Shown one piece after another: positions 38,056 to 52,700 of a stretch of DNA of 64,000 nt. The notes under the pieces were generated by a model. The model made no database searches, was not told the DNA's origin, and saw only the letters and a program-made list of their open reading frames with translations. A program made the translations under genes and the position numbers. Source of the DNA: Balanoglossus misakiensis (Eukaryota; Animalia; Hemichordata); NCBI GenBank assembly GCA_040954595.2, contig CM082596.2, positions 653,468-717,467 on the forward strand, given 5' to 3'. Every line of letters begins with the position of its first letter. The stretch's first letter is position 1.

Positions 38056-38742
38056 GGTGAGGAAAATGTAAACGTGTTGGTAGCGCTAGAAACATAGCCG
38101 GACACCCCAGATTGAACATAGAACAATCTCTTCCGCAAAGGACTCTGGGATCAATGGCGGCCATTCCGTGGCTCGATCCATGGACCGTGTTTTTCGGGTT
38201 GTCCGAGAGTTTTTACAACTTTAAAGTTTCATTTTACACTCGCTATTTCGTTAGATGGGGTGGGTTACAATATAAAGTCGATAGTCGTACATTTTTAACA
38301 AATAAACAAAAGTGAGGACAATGTAAACGTGTTGGGGGCGCTAGTAGCATAGCCGGACACCCCCATTTTGAATAGAACAATCTCTTCCGCAAAGGACTCT
38401 GGGATCAATGGCGGCCATTCCGTGGCCCGATCGATGGACCGTGTTTATCGGGTTGTCCGAGAGTTTTCACAACTTTAAAGTTTCATTTTACACTCGCTAT
38501 TTCGTTAGATGGGGTGGGTTACAATATAAAGTCGATAGTCGTACATTTTTAACAAATAAACAAAAGTGAGGAAAATGTAAACGTGTTGGGGGCGCTAGTA
38601 ACATAGCCGGACACCCCCATTTTGAATAGAACAATCTCTTCCGCAAAGGACTCTGGGTTCAATGGCGGCCATTCCGTGGCCCGATCCATGGACCGTGTTT
38701 TTCGGGTTGTCCGAGAGTTTTTACAACTTTAAAGTTTCATTT
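38056..38742 (+). repeat. About 254-bp tandem repeat, about 2.7 copies
   Basis: The unit starting gtgagga(a/c)aatgtaaacgtgttgg recurs at about 38057, 38312 and 38566. The copies are near-identical and the third is truncated after aaagtttcattt. Confidence 0.92.
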
Positions 38743-41700
38743 GGCGTTCAATATTTTAACGATGGTCTACATGAGTGCTTATCCTGTACGTATATGCTAT
38801 CGTTGGGGGGGGGGATGCCCCCCCCCCCTCCCCCAAAGAGGGTAGAGTTATACGTAAGCAGTGCACGGAATACGGACAGTAACATGATGTACACCATGAT
38901 ACATGGCGCCTCGTTCGATTTGACAGGCGCTTTCCACCAAATGCAAACCAATTTCAACCCAGTATTTATATAGTTTGTGATTTATGAGCCAATCCGCCCT
39001 GTAGAGTGTCCAGGATTAGAGCAGTCTACAGACCCAATCCACCTGATAGTGTGGCAGTAAAGTTAATATTTTGCAATGGCAAATAGCACCGTTGGCATTT
39101 CCTAGTCAATTTGCGGTCGGTGTTTGCAAACTGCCGTCAATGAATTTAACGATTAACTTAATCGGGCTAACTCCCCGTCGGCATCTGTCATCATCCGTAG
39201 GGGTATATCCTCTCTATCGTTTCAATAATTACTGCTTCCAGAGAACAGACCATGTTTATCACTCTGGTTCTTTCCTCTGTATAAAGCCTGTTTTAACATT
39301 AATGGTAGCATGTTTATAACGAAAAATTATTTCTAAGGCGTGGATTTAAATATTTACTGTGTTCACACCACACCAACTACAGATTGCACGGGCAACTACA
39401 CTCACCACTAAACTGTTCATATTGCATAATTAATAATACGGCGTTTCTTAATATGACTTTGGTAGCTGGGGGAAATCAATCGCTGTACGGGTTAACTGCC
39501 AGATTATTCAGACAATTCGTTACTGGGCAACGCGACTCTATATGTATTCCACATGAATTGATACAACCCGTTTGTTAAATATGGCAGCGTTATAGATCAC
39601 ATGGGAGGTAACTATACCCCCGGAAAAGGTTAAACTGGTGTAATAGCATATAATATAAGTAACTTATACTTTTCTCTCTGTTGAATACTAATCGTGAACA
39701 CCACGCTAACATTGCGCTTTGTTTTTGCGCTTCTAATCTCCACCCCTTACAGTCACCATTCCTTTTTTTTCTGATTCATTCATATTACGAAGACATGCTG
39801 ATGAATACCAATTCTGCATTCCGTTGCTATAATCGATTTAATACTCCCCACACATAAAATTTCCGTATTTATTTTATTGAAGTTTAACCTCTCAGAAATC
39901 GTGCTGTCAGATTTCATAATGATTAAATGTTCAATGGATCGGGAATGAAAGTTTTCTTCTATCTGAAAAGCCAATATTGAAACATCATTGCTGAAACCAC
40001 CCCCTGCACCCGGAGTGACGTAAATTCCTTCTCCCGTCGATAATTGAGTGGAAAGTTTTACGAGAATGAATTCCAAACAAGATTTGTGGTCAACTGCGAA
40101 CGATCACAGACAGACAGACAGCCAAGCGTGAAATGCTCAATTGGCACGACTTGTCCAAGCGACACCACGGTTTAATCGATTGAAAAGAGCGTTTCAAATT
40201 AATTCCACCCCAATTTGCTTCCTTAAGCCAGACTGTTTAAGAATATCAGGCAGATCCTCAAAATTATTCAGCAGAGACATAAGTTATACCATTTGGTTTG
40301 AAGTACTGAAATGTTATAATGGCGGACGGGTACTGTAACTTCTACTCTTTGAATGTGACACCATTAATTGATACCGTTGCTTTAATACACTTCCTCCATC
40401 CAATTACATCTGCCCAGAACTTCCATTTGCCAGCATCAGCTTCCTCACTTTCCTGACAAATGTCTCCTCACAACAATTATCAGTCTACATGCCGGGGGCA
40501 ATTACATATAACATTCAACACAGTGATTGATGAACGAGTGACCTCAACGATTCCAATGTCAGCGATTGCTAATGTCATATATTGCAACAAGAAACACCTA
40601 ACACTTGAAATAGTCGACTTAGTTAAATTCAATATTACCACACCGAACATGCATATACACATTCGATAAAAGAGAGACAGTATTTTGGTCATGTCGATCT
40701 GATTTCCATTGCTGCAAAATATAATTTTTACTCACGAGTGGGCTTCGAGATAAAAAAAAATCAGCGTTTTGTCTGCACATCTGACCTGACACACCGTCCA
40801 GACTTAATTGATTTAGCACCCGAATAAACTCAGTTCATACAAGTGTGCGTTTTAATGTCTCCTGCGGGAAAACGTATGTGATTAAAGTTAGATATCCTCC
40901 AACCGAACCCAATTTGTTGAAAGAAAGTCATAATAGAGCACGTTGTTCGAGAAAGTGTGAAATTTCTAAGATAAACGTCAAGCTTTCCCATAAATGATGA
41001 TGGAATGAACAATTTCCCAGCTGCCCGAGTGGATATTCCTTGTATTATGCGTGGGCGTTTCTTGCGAAATGCTTTAGCATCGTGGTAAAACAGACGTAAT
41101 CATTATATATACATTAAAATATTTCAAACTTTAGTCTTTTAATACTTATATGTTAATAATATTCAGAGTAGTTTAGGGACATTGTCATTGTGCCAGGTCT
41201 TCTGTATTCTCTATTCAAAACTGCCTAAACTTCCATTTGGTCATTTTAAATATTCATCATCAATGATTATTTATTTTGACAACTATTATTGAACATCTAC
41301 ACCCGTATCTCCTTAAATCTGAGATAGAACCGCATTACCATTCGAAATGTAATCGCGTTGTTCGTTGCCTATAAATGTGAAAATATATGAATGTTATCAC
41401 TTCCACGTATCGACATTAGGGATAAAGTTCGCATTTGCAAAACGGCCTCCGCATTCCGAGATTGGCGTTATAATTTTATTAGTGTTAAGTTATTTATTAT
41501 CACCTATATACCTTACTTAGTTTTGACGTGCATGTAAATGTGTGGTCATAAATCAGGGACGTTCAGAGTCACTTAGAACTACAGAGAGAGTTTATTTTTA
41601 TTCATCAATGGCCGTCTTCCGAGGAGAACACTTTTTGTTAAAGATTAGGGACGTACACGCACTATAAGAACATCTACTTTGTCGATTAACATGATAAACA

Positions 41701-44700
41701 TATACTACTTCCGTGACAATTAAACTAGGGCATTGGCTAGGCGAATGGAGTTAAATTTGCCGGTTAAATAAAAGTATGCATAAAACCTGGTGAAAATACT
41801 TATTTATCCAGTTTGCGTATCCTCAAAATTCTCTTCCATACAGGTCAGTAACAGACTATCATAGTTAATATTCCATGGAATAACACTAGTTTCAGCTTTG
41901 CAGATTGCACATCCTTGATTGATGCCAGCTTTCCTGGTTCGTGGATGGAGACGACAGTATAATAACACGTGTATACTTAACATTTCTTTAACTAAGCTTT
42001 TCTACGGATATTAATTAAATTCTGTCAATTCATTCTTGTAAAATATGTGAAATACATAGTGACGTGAGGACCATTTGTGAAGATTAATAACTTTTGGTTC
42101 TAAATAGTCATTATAACTCAGGAAAGCTGATTCTCAAAGAAAAGACAGGTGCATATGGACTATCATAATCAGACGCATCGAATTGAAATTAACTTTGAAT
42201 CTGTCTGGTGTTCGTAGCTCTTAAAATGAGGAACGATCAATATTATGAAGATCATTAAACGTGGAAGCACATCTTTTGGTATTAAAACTTTGGGGTATTC
42301 ACAGTAGCCATATTTCGATTTTTCACTGATCAGAAAAGCCAGGATAAGCACAGATTGCTGGAGACAAGCACCAACTCTAAATGTTTATGCGCAGGAATCT
42401 TTGCCCATAATGGCTCCAAGCAGACAGACAACATGACACTCCACATTTCTTCTTCAAGACGGGGGGGGGGGGGCAAAGCAAGACGCCAGTAAATTTCGTT
42501 ACACAATGACAAATGCACCTTCGATTTGCATCAAGGTGCAACAGCAAAGTGCCCCAGAAAGACGTTCTTACATTCCGTGAACAGCGTAATCGACCAGAAA
42601 ATATACGAGCGCACTATCATCATGGCAACCAGAGTACACATTCCTGTAATATCAAGAGTCTTCGTCCTATCTATAATGCCATTCAAAAGCCATTTGCTCA
42701 ATTATTCTGTATTAATGAGTATTCACTCTGCCTTCTTCTATTACAAACTTGTTTATCTTTTTGTGAAATCAAAAGTTTAACCATTCCGTATTATGGGTCC
42801 GGGTCATCCATCTTCTGCAACAGAAGATGCAACAATTCAGTGGCTCAGATGTGGATGCTCTTTCCTCACCAATTATGTTCTTATCACTTGCATTCAATCG
42901 ACATCTATAATTAAGAAGGGAGTTCGCATCATGACCTTGACTTCCAGGAGAGTCTTTATCATTTTATTAACGTTGAATGATTGACTTCAATATATTGTCA
43001 TTTAGATTTGACAATTTGACAGGTAAATTAGTGCTTGATTTACATGCAAATATTTCTGTAATCTTCGTGCATCAAACCAGATCTAAGACACGAAAATCTG
43101 GATTTATTCTTCGTTCCCAACATTCTACGTTTCTAGCAAATAACCGCGTTTATAGTGAAATTTGTTTCCTGTCGATTGAGATCATAAATACAAAAGCGTT
43201 TGTAAATATGTCTATCGCCGAAAAAGTGTTCAAATGTTGATTAGAAATGAAGTGTAAAATTTATGTAAATACAGAATTTCTGAGTTCTACTTGAGCTTCC
43301 ATTAAAGCAACACGAACACTTGACCGTAGCCAATCACGTGATATTGACGAACTATGGAATAGTGTACGACGACCTCTGATACTTCGACGTGTCCGTGATT
43401 CCGCCGAAATGGCAGGAAACGGTTACTAATTTCGTGTTCAGTATCCGCGTTCCCATGTTTCGCCAGAAGCTGTGTGCGTTCGGATTTTAATTACGACAAA
43501 TGCCGATGACACACGACTGCCAGGCATGGTCAGATTTCCGGCTGACTCCGTTCTCATCTTTGCTCTACGGCGGTTTTTAGTGCAAATCGTTTGAACAACA
43601 TTCCGCTAGGTCGTTTACATCATGGTCTTTGACATCCATTGGCTCCTTCACACAATTTTGCCGAACGTTGACCCCAGGGCTGAGTTTGTCTAATTTTAAA
43701 CAAGACACCTAACATTACCATCACTGCATATTGAACAATTTGAAAACTACCGCTCATATTCTTGCTCTTCTCATTTTTGTTCAGCAACATGACTCAAACA
43801 GAGCATCCAATTTTAAAGCCTCAAACCAGAAAATTCTCAACATGCACTGAAAGTAGGATAACTAAGAACGTCCGAGTCTGCTTAGCTTCACTCTTTCTGA
43901 ATAATCACAGAATATAAATCACACTATCCATCACCAATGCACTACAAATATTCCACACGGTTCGCTTACTCGCCGACGCGAAGAAATAATTATTTGGAGC
44001 TGCGTTTCCGTGTCACTTGAAGTGGATTTCATAATTGAAGCAAATTAATTCAACAGATTTATCAAGAAAATGTGTAATCCTGCAAGGCTGTGAATGACTG
44101 TTGGTGATTTATCCCAACAGGGTCTCGGTGTTAGACGCCCATAGTATAATATTCAGGTATATGATGACATGTAATAAACCTATTTCTATTTTTATATTCT
44201 TTACAATGATCCACGTTTGTGGCATTAGAACTGAAAAATCGTGAATGTGCATATCACCGTCTGCGTATACAATCGCGCCGGCATACCGAAGTAAAATTCA
44301 AAATATAATTGACATTCGAAAATTGTCATTGGCGACCATAGTGCTGGTCACATGTCTTGGAATACAGGCTACATTCTAAACCATGACCGCTCCCCCAGCC
44401 CCGCCAACTTCTACGTGTACACGCATTTAAATAGGCACCAATTAAGGTGTGCCTGGGCGGCACTTTCCGGAGACAATCTGACAGCGGACACATTGGTGAC
44501 TCGAGTAAGACTTGCAAATGTTATTAAGCTGTTGCACCAGTTTGATCTCCTCACATCCAATCAATTACAGTTGGAACTCCGTGTTAGATCGCATTGAATT
44601 GAATCATATACAAACAATTTGCGTTGTCACCAGAGCATTGATCCGTTCACAGCTGGGAAGAAACATGTTGCAATCAGAAAGATAGGAATCCTCTACCCAG

Positions 44701-45954
44701 GGGAGATCTATGTACGTGTTGGATACATCCTATCTCATGAGGGTCCAACAGAAATCCACACACTAAGAATCTACTTAACCCGAATATTCCCGGTGACTAA
44801 ATCTCATTTGTCTGTGGAAGTCCACGGCACTTCGATTAAATTGGCGAATTTGGAGTTCAGATGAACAGCTTGTAATTTGATCAAAAAGGTAACTGTCTAG
44901 CTACACTAACTGTTAACGCTCTCTTCTAAATTGTTAAATTGTTTGCAGAAATCCCTTAAGACTTTAAACTGCATGAGCGGTTGTGACTTTTCTCCAACAA
45001 AATTATCTGACAAATATCCTTTCTGAACTGACACGAGACTGGAATAAACTTTGATTTCCTTGAGACTCACAAATGCACTATGATCAAACAGTTACGACTT
45101 CAATACAATAAAACACAATTTTAGGATTCCTGCAGCTGTAAATACGTAAGCTCATTAACACCTCTTGAGTGTGTGGAAATATATTACATAAACGCGAGAA
45201 AGAATTTTTATTCTTCTCATGAGATCTTTGGCCCTTTCAAAAAGACAATCTAATGTAAACCTATCCACGACATATTCGGTACCAGAGTTTCAAGTTAGAA
45301 GCGTCGCGTCTACTTGTACTACATAGAATTAAAGGTCGGTGCATTAGTTGAATTTGAAAACGCGATTTCTTTGTGGTGTCCTGACCCGGCTGACGTTCGT
45401 CACTGTGACGGTAAAAGTACTTTAGTCCTCCAAATCGATAAATATCAAACGAATATTTTTCTTTCAGTAGATCGTATTTCAAGATAGGCAAACATCCTGA
45501 TCTATACATCCGATACGTTCAACCATATTGAATTCATCACTGACTGTGGTAATGTATTATCGACTTGTGTACGATAACCACCTGTATACGTTATGCAAAC
45601 ATGAAAGGAGAAGGAAGAAAAGTTCGCGACTAACAAAAACCTCGGTGTGAAAAGAAACCAACGAAGATGCGCTTTCTCTGTTGTGAATGAAGCGCACGAC
45701 ACCGCTTAAAGCCTTTCAGTGTACGACCACAGCCGACTTGATCATCTTAAACCCTAAACCCAGACACAATATTAGACATTTGTTAATAGTACATCCCTAA
45801 CATTAATGTTGGACTCGGCAGACCGATATAAATGCTAATGATAATGTTCCAAAGAGACCAAGTGCGCCTACTAAAATCCAAAAGTACAGTATTCGCAGTT
45901 ACGGTTAAAGCGAAATGTAATACATGTAAAACCATAATTAAGAGCAGGACTTAC

Positions 45955-46080
45955 CAGTGATAACAGATATCTTTCCTTCAGCTTGTCTTGAGAATGCGTC
46001 AAAATATTGCCGCCGAAATCCTCTGCCTGCTGCCCGCTCTGTCTTGTAACAGCCAGCCTCAAATTGCCGACTTTATATAG
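45955..46080 (-). promoter_or_regulatory. Candidate TATA promoter and short non-coding first exon of the neuropeptide gene
   Basis: Minus-strand CTATATAAAG at 46080-46071, then an ATG-free stretch of about 90 nt ending in a consensus donor CTG|GTAAGT at 45955/45954. It is on the same strand as the orphan acceptor just upstream of the neuropeptide ATG. Confidence 0.55.
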
Positions 46081-46700
46081 TGACTATCAATGGCGCAGCA
46101 CGCATAATTAGATAGGTTGCTAAATTGATAGTGGGTGTTGTGTGTAAATGATATCAGAAGAGCAAACACTTGAAATGACTTAATGCTTTGGTTGGTTAAA
46201 GCAGTTTGTTGCAACCGTCAAGTGTTGTGGCTTAACCTTCCCTCAATCAATAATTCTCAATATCTGCTCAAAGTGAGCGACAAGATTCGATTTTGTCACA
46301 CATTCTCCAATTTTATGAGCTTTAACAAATATAAACATCGAGAATGTTAATAAGAAAATCACGTTGGCTGATTGATGGAATCGCGTCCATTCATTTTTCA
46401 GAGCCTCCCGTTTAATGAAATTATGCAAATATGAAAGTGTAACCTTTGAACTTCCCTTCAAATTTCCCTCACGGGTTTCTAAAAAGAATATTTTCTAATT
46501 CAAGAAGAGATTAACTACACACTGACAGTTGGGACAGTTTAAGTTTTAGAAACACAGTTCATTAGTGAAAATCAATACTCAATACTATCGGAACGTGTTA
46601 CAAGTTAATTGATCTTTTGTAGGTGGGTTCACACTCTGACAGCCCACAATGCATTGCTACGAGTAACGAACACCGGTGAATGAGGAAACATCAAGGTGCA

Positions 46701-46708
46701 TGACGTCA
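46701..46708. promoter_or_regulatory. Palindromic CRE (TGACGTCA) upstream of the candidate neuropeptide promoter
   Basis: Exact TGACGTCA about 620 bp upstream of the TATA element; further exact copies at 49554-49561 and 50412-50419. Confidence 0.4.
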
Positions 46709-49700
46709 CGCGTCTGCGCAGTTTGGGTCACACTGGCGTCAAAAGACAACACGGACCGTAAATAATCGTCATTGTCGAGAAGGATGCCACGGCGGACATT
46801 TTTTTCTGAGAAATTCGTTCAAGTGGATGATTTATAACAGCACTTAGCATCAGTTCTCCATTGCGGAAAACAATTTCTACGCGGAAATAGTCCTGTATGC
46901 GGATATGCGTAACCGAGAAGTTGCCCGTCAGTTTCATCTCCTGTAGGGGATATTTGCATATTTGTAAAAGAAGGATTTCCGCATATGCCAATATTTGGTA
47001 CAGTGCGCGTGTCTTTTCTTTAATTGCCTCTGCTTTGATATAGCAAATTTAATAATGTGTAAGATTTAAACGTTATTCTGGTTTAACAGTTATTCTAAAT
47101 TATTCCATTATAGAATTCTAGAGTTCAGAATAGTCTTAAGATAGATTAAGCAATTGGATTCATACATCCTGTTGCTGGTTAAATGATCGATGGATTGAAC
47201 CGAGTTTGTACCTATTTTCTCAACAATACATGATTTATTTCTGTGCAGTTTATTGAGGAAAGAGAACCTCATAAAACTAAGGGTTTACTTCGATTTTTCA
47301 CCTGGACACAAGCACCCCATTCTTAACATGGTCTACTCTCCCCCAGGGGTAGTGGAATGGACGGCCGACCCTGAACAATTCCAGTGAAACGGAAAGCACC
47401 CATATATGCATAGGTGATACGCTATATCCAAAATGGCGAGCAATTAACCCAGGAATTCCTACACTACCCGAGGCATTGTTCTAATGGATGTCGAACTCAA
47501 TTAGGCGGTCCCTGTACAATCCCTAGCGTTTTGTCGTAACTAAAAATTGCAACATCCTCAATTGTTCTTTGAGTGCGTGACATCAAAGTCTTCAATACAC
47601 ATTTTCTACAATAAAACTGTGACTTTAAACTTCTCTGCGTGCGTTTATTGACCGGTCAATCGGGCAATTTGTTTTACGTTTCCACGATATATGACCCTAA
47701 CTGCGTTCAGAATATGGCGGACTTATAGAAACGACACTTATTCACAAATTGCTGCTGCTAGCATGACGTTTAGTCCCGTTGTCGTAAATGCTTCGAGCAA
47801 TTATGAAGTATTATTGCGGGAAACTTGAAAGCAAAGTATTACACATTTAGAAATTGTCATTTTCATTAACGAACTGCAGATATTTAAAGTTTAAATACAT
47901 GAATAAATAAGTTCAATTACTTATACTACTAATCTTGAATTTTGTTTTGTGTTTGGAAACTAAACTCTTTCAAACTGTAAAACGGTGGATGTCATCGATA
48001 ACTTCGAGGGGGAAAAACTTGATCGACGATGTAGAATTTTTTCTTCACTCTCTGTAATGAAAGTTACCAACACAATAGACCAATCTAGCTCTCGGCGTTC
48101 TCGCTATAGCTGACTGAATACAATTTTCACCAAATTTATTGACCCAATTACTCAGTTTGGGTGTATAATGGTGTAATGTTCTTAACGCCAATAAAACTTT
48201 AAATGTAATTTCGTCTAGGCACCATTGTTCGACCTCTTTGTCGTCAACCTGATTGATATTAGAGCAACATAATCTATTTATTGTATTCATTACGCGCTAC
48301 TTCTGAAAATAGTGTCGTCTTGACTTTTTTGATATTAGTACGTACTTTAATACGTCTAACAATTGAAGTAACATTATCCAAAGCCAGATAAGTATAATTT
48401 TCAACCATGTGTTTAAAATGTCAATTTTTCAAGGGGTTGGTCCTTTGTCATGTAAAATTTAGTTAGACACAATTTTCTCTCTCTCGTGTATACGTGACTA
48501 GATGTATAAGAGTGGAAAGGCAAAGATAGGAACAAGACTAAGGAATGCAAAAGAATGCATCAAGTTATCATCTGACGGTATCTTTCAGCTGATTTATAGT
48601 TTCTTTTCTTGTTTATCCCGAGCATGTCAAAATTCGCCGCTGCTTGAATATTATTGAACGTCAAATTGTATGTAGCATTTTACCTTTGCTATCTATCAAC
48701 ATTTATCTCATACGCGGGAATTAATGGGTGTTGAGCACTACCCTGGAATATTGTAACACATATTGATTTGGGATGAGCCAGTTTTAACAGATAAAGGGCA
48801 GGTTAGGCTTAGTTTGTTCGCATAAGACAATCATGGCGTACTGCGCATGTGTAACGTACCATCCTAAGTGCATTTTATTAAAATCTATGTGATGGGGTAC
48901 ATCCGCTTGCTGTGTATGGGCGATTTCCTTTAGGAAGTTTTACGAGCGATGAGTCACTTATAAAATGTGCATATAATGTCTATAGATATATATATTTCGT
49001 ATGATGATAGTTTCCGCCTGCCCCACTGTTTTGTTTGTTTAATTTTTTATTTCTCTGAAGTTTACTATTTTTGTGAATACTAAGCACCATATAATTTATC
49101 AAATCTGTTATCCATTTTAGTATTCGCTTGTGACGTATTGCCGACTGAAACCTATCTCTAAATAGCAAAATCTTTTACTATCAAATAATATCTTTCTCTG
49201 TTGATGTAGAATTGATATGACGATTTGACATTTCAGGAATGATTGAAACTTCCTAATATGGAGAATCACATGCATAAGGAGATGTAATGACAATACAATA
49301 ATTGCATTCTCTTACAGACAGTCGAGACAAACATCTCGTCTGTGTCTGCTGTTCCTTCGAGTCGAAATGGATATACTACAAGGAAACATTTCAGGCGCCA
49401 GTATTTTGTATTCACAATTTGAAATTTTCTGTGAAGTCTAACATATTACAGATACCCTTCGAGGAATCAAATTTTCATAGAACCACCCTCATTGGTCCGT
49501 TGCTATGAAAACCCCGAAAATTCATCAAATGTGGGCAGGTAGCACTCATGGTATGACGTCATCGTGGTACGGAAATGATTTTTGATCTATTGTTTCTCGG
49601 TGAATAATTGTGAGTGATGAATGATGGGATACATGAGGGAAAGGAAACACTGAAACCAGGTTGCCACCCATGTCTGTAAACATCCTCAATTTCAACCCTT

Positions 49701-52700
49701 GAACGAGGAGGCGTCAAATATCCTGAACTTCAACAAGGCGACATTTCTTTGTTTCTAGTCGGAAATATTGGGTCGTTGAACTTCACTGTTTCACATAAAA
49801 CTGAGTTATCCATTAACGTGTGGAGTGGGGGTGTCAAGGTCTGTGTTATGCACCGACTAAACACTTTGTTAAAATTCAAATTTTACAGTTGTACAGTTCA
49901 ACCGGTCTATAGTGGTCAGCCCTATAGCCATCATGCCACAGTGCAGGAGTGAATATTCGCAAGTTTATTAACAGGTGTCTCACAGGAAATTTAACTTTAT
50001 TGGTTACAAATGAGATTAGTGTCTCTTAAATTAGTAGATAGGCAAACACTAGAATTCATTATACCCTGATAATAACATTTAATTAGGAAACATTTGCCGA
50101 AGGGATTAATATCGTCATGTAATTATAACGTTTAATGAATTCATTAGATAACATTGTCCAATTAATTAAGATTATGCAATAATAATTTACATGTCCCCCA
50201 TACTATAGTTATTAATATTAATATTATGGTAATATATATCATAGACTATTCACGGGGATAATTATAATTTTATATATTTTGTGATGCTGTCCATTGCATT
50301 CAGACATGGAATCGTTTGTTTCAAGTGAAAATATTACAGCTTGGTCAGCCAAGTATGGTCAATGCTAAGGATCCTTGAAAATCAGTAATAAAAGATTGGA
50401 CGCATCATGTGTGACGTCAGTTGTTTCATTAAAAGTATGAGATGACGCACTGACAAAAACCTACAAAACTGTTAACCATCTCCACGAGGCATTACTGGTC
50501 TAACACCGATTACAACAAAATTATTTAGGTACCCTTTCTTCATATTTTCATATCCGCTAAAGTTCGCTCCAAGGAAAACGCGCATGGGATTGCTATCTGT
50601 TATCGGAGATTCACGTCTCTAAATGCACATCAGATATATGTTCAGTTTTGAATGTTCCCTAGGGGTGTTTGAAGACATTTACACTCCTACATTTTTGACA
50701 TTTTATTTCATTTATCTTAAATCTATGCAACTGAACGAGGAAGATGATCATTGCATGATATCGACGACATTCCGTAACCACATTTTGTCTGCCGGTGATC
50801 ACGTGACACATACATCATGTGCTCCGTGTATAAGGTCAACGGTATACAGACACCTATGCAAGTTTAACCACTTTTACCAGGAAAATTGAAATATAGCCAA
50901 TCACAGATTTTCATTCGGTGGCTCACGCGAAAAGAGTGAGCCCTCACACGGTTATTCGAAGACTTAGAGTGTTCTTAGAGGAATCATGATTCTGCATGAG
51001 CGCGTTCCTTCTTTTTCCACAAAGTGATTCCCGCAAGGAGATACATAGATTTTGATTGCGATTTCTGGGTTTGTACGTGGGCACTCGAGACTGCGGTGTG
51101 ACATTGATTGAAGCCTATTATCTGAACAACAGTCGATCAAAGTAAACAAATGTTTTGTCCCATTATTTGTTCTTCATAGGGAGTGGAAGCTATCTTTAAA
51201 ACGAGCTGAAATACAGGATGGTGATTTTAAAAATGCTAAAATTGAGAACATGGCGGAATTCTGTCATCTTTTTCATAAGATAAATATTTGAATGCCAACG
51301 CCAGACCCCCCCCCCCCCCATCTTTGAAATTTAATGGCAGTTTAAATGTGTGCCAAGCGAATAGCTACATGTATTCAACGAAGAGCATCGAGTTCGTGGA
51401 GTTTCATAACGCCCACTCTCAAGATATCAGTTTTGCCAAGAAGCAGGCCACAAAGGTCAGAATCATCCTCTTTGATGTTAACGTCAGATTTTGTTCCAAT
51501 AATCGTTTTATGGCACTTTCCAGAAAAGATCAAGATAAGAATAGGGTAATCAATCTGTGTTTGAGAAAATGAGAAAACTCGTGGAATTCGAATAAATGTA
51601 ACGCTAGCGACGGATCCCTTTTACTAAGATGGCGATAGCGATGACGGTCAAATTTACTTAGGCTTATACTTGCGTCTGTTAGTTTAGCTTTACCTAAAAC
51701 CCATTCTCACGTTGAACTATTTTATTAAAACAAACGATGAAGACCGCAAGAGATATTAGTCAAATATTGACACGTGGAAAGGCTATCAATTACACGTCAC
51801 ACGACGAGTAATTTTGAGGGTGTAGTTGATTAAAAAATATAATCCTATACTGAATGACTTGGTAGAATCATTGTTCTATAATCTATTTTCAAATTAGTCG
51901 TTGAAGTTTTCGCCTCAAGGTGTTTAGTGGTATTACATGTGTTCCTACACTCATCAACTGGTCGATAGCAACCACTCAACTTCCTGTTCATGATTGGTCT
52001 TTCGTAGGCTAGGGTGTCTCAATGCACACTCCCACGAGAAAGACGACAGTTGACCGAATTCACCGAATACATTGCCCAAAATGAAAAAGGGTTCCAAAGG
52101 GGAAAATATTTGCAGTAATTTTCTAACATGACATCACAGAAACATTACGTGGACGTCACAAAACACTGACCTTCATGATGTCTCATGCAGCAACGTCGGT
52201 TGTTGGCCAGGTCAGTCCCCTCATCAAACCTCAATGGTCCTGTAGAACATATTCGTTGAAGGCACACGTGGAAGTCAACGCAGTCCTCGCAAATAACTGA
52301 GAGCTATCTCTCTCACTGGTAGAAATATTCCTTCTTCATGTGTAGTGCAAACTAATCCTGAAATCAGTTCCTACAGACCTGCCTTGCAGCTCTGGCTCGG
52401 CTAGCTGTCTGGCTGGTTTTTGCCAGCGTGGCACAGTGTATTGATCCGTTTGCGTAACTACCCAGGTGTACAGGCCTAATATTTTAATATAGCCATGGCT
52501 ATTGTTCTCAGGGGCCCAAACTCTATTGTACAGTTTGTGAATATTCATAAGACTTAGTGGGGTTGATGACTTCTTATACATCACCATTGGTTATGTAATC
52601 CGTCAAAAAACAACTCAAAAGACCCAATATGATTCTGACCTGCTAACCACTTCATATGGGAAGGAGAAAATCCAATGATGAGCGCCTCAATTATGAAAAC

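Noticed and set aside
37800-38973. ORFs with repeated peptides (PIPLKIVLLTHSLKK; MAAIPWxDPWTVFFG)
   Set aside because: They are translations of the 29-bp and 254-bp tandem repeats.
45745-45762. TAAACCCTAAACCC telomere-like motif
   Set aside because: Only two units, and not the metazoan TTAGGG repeat; likely chance.
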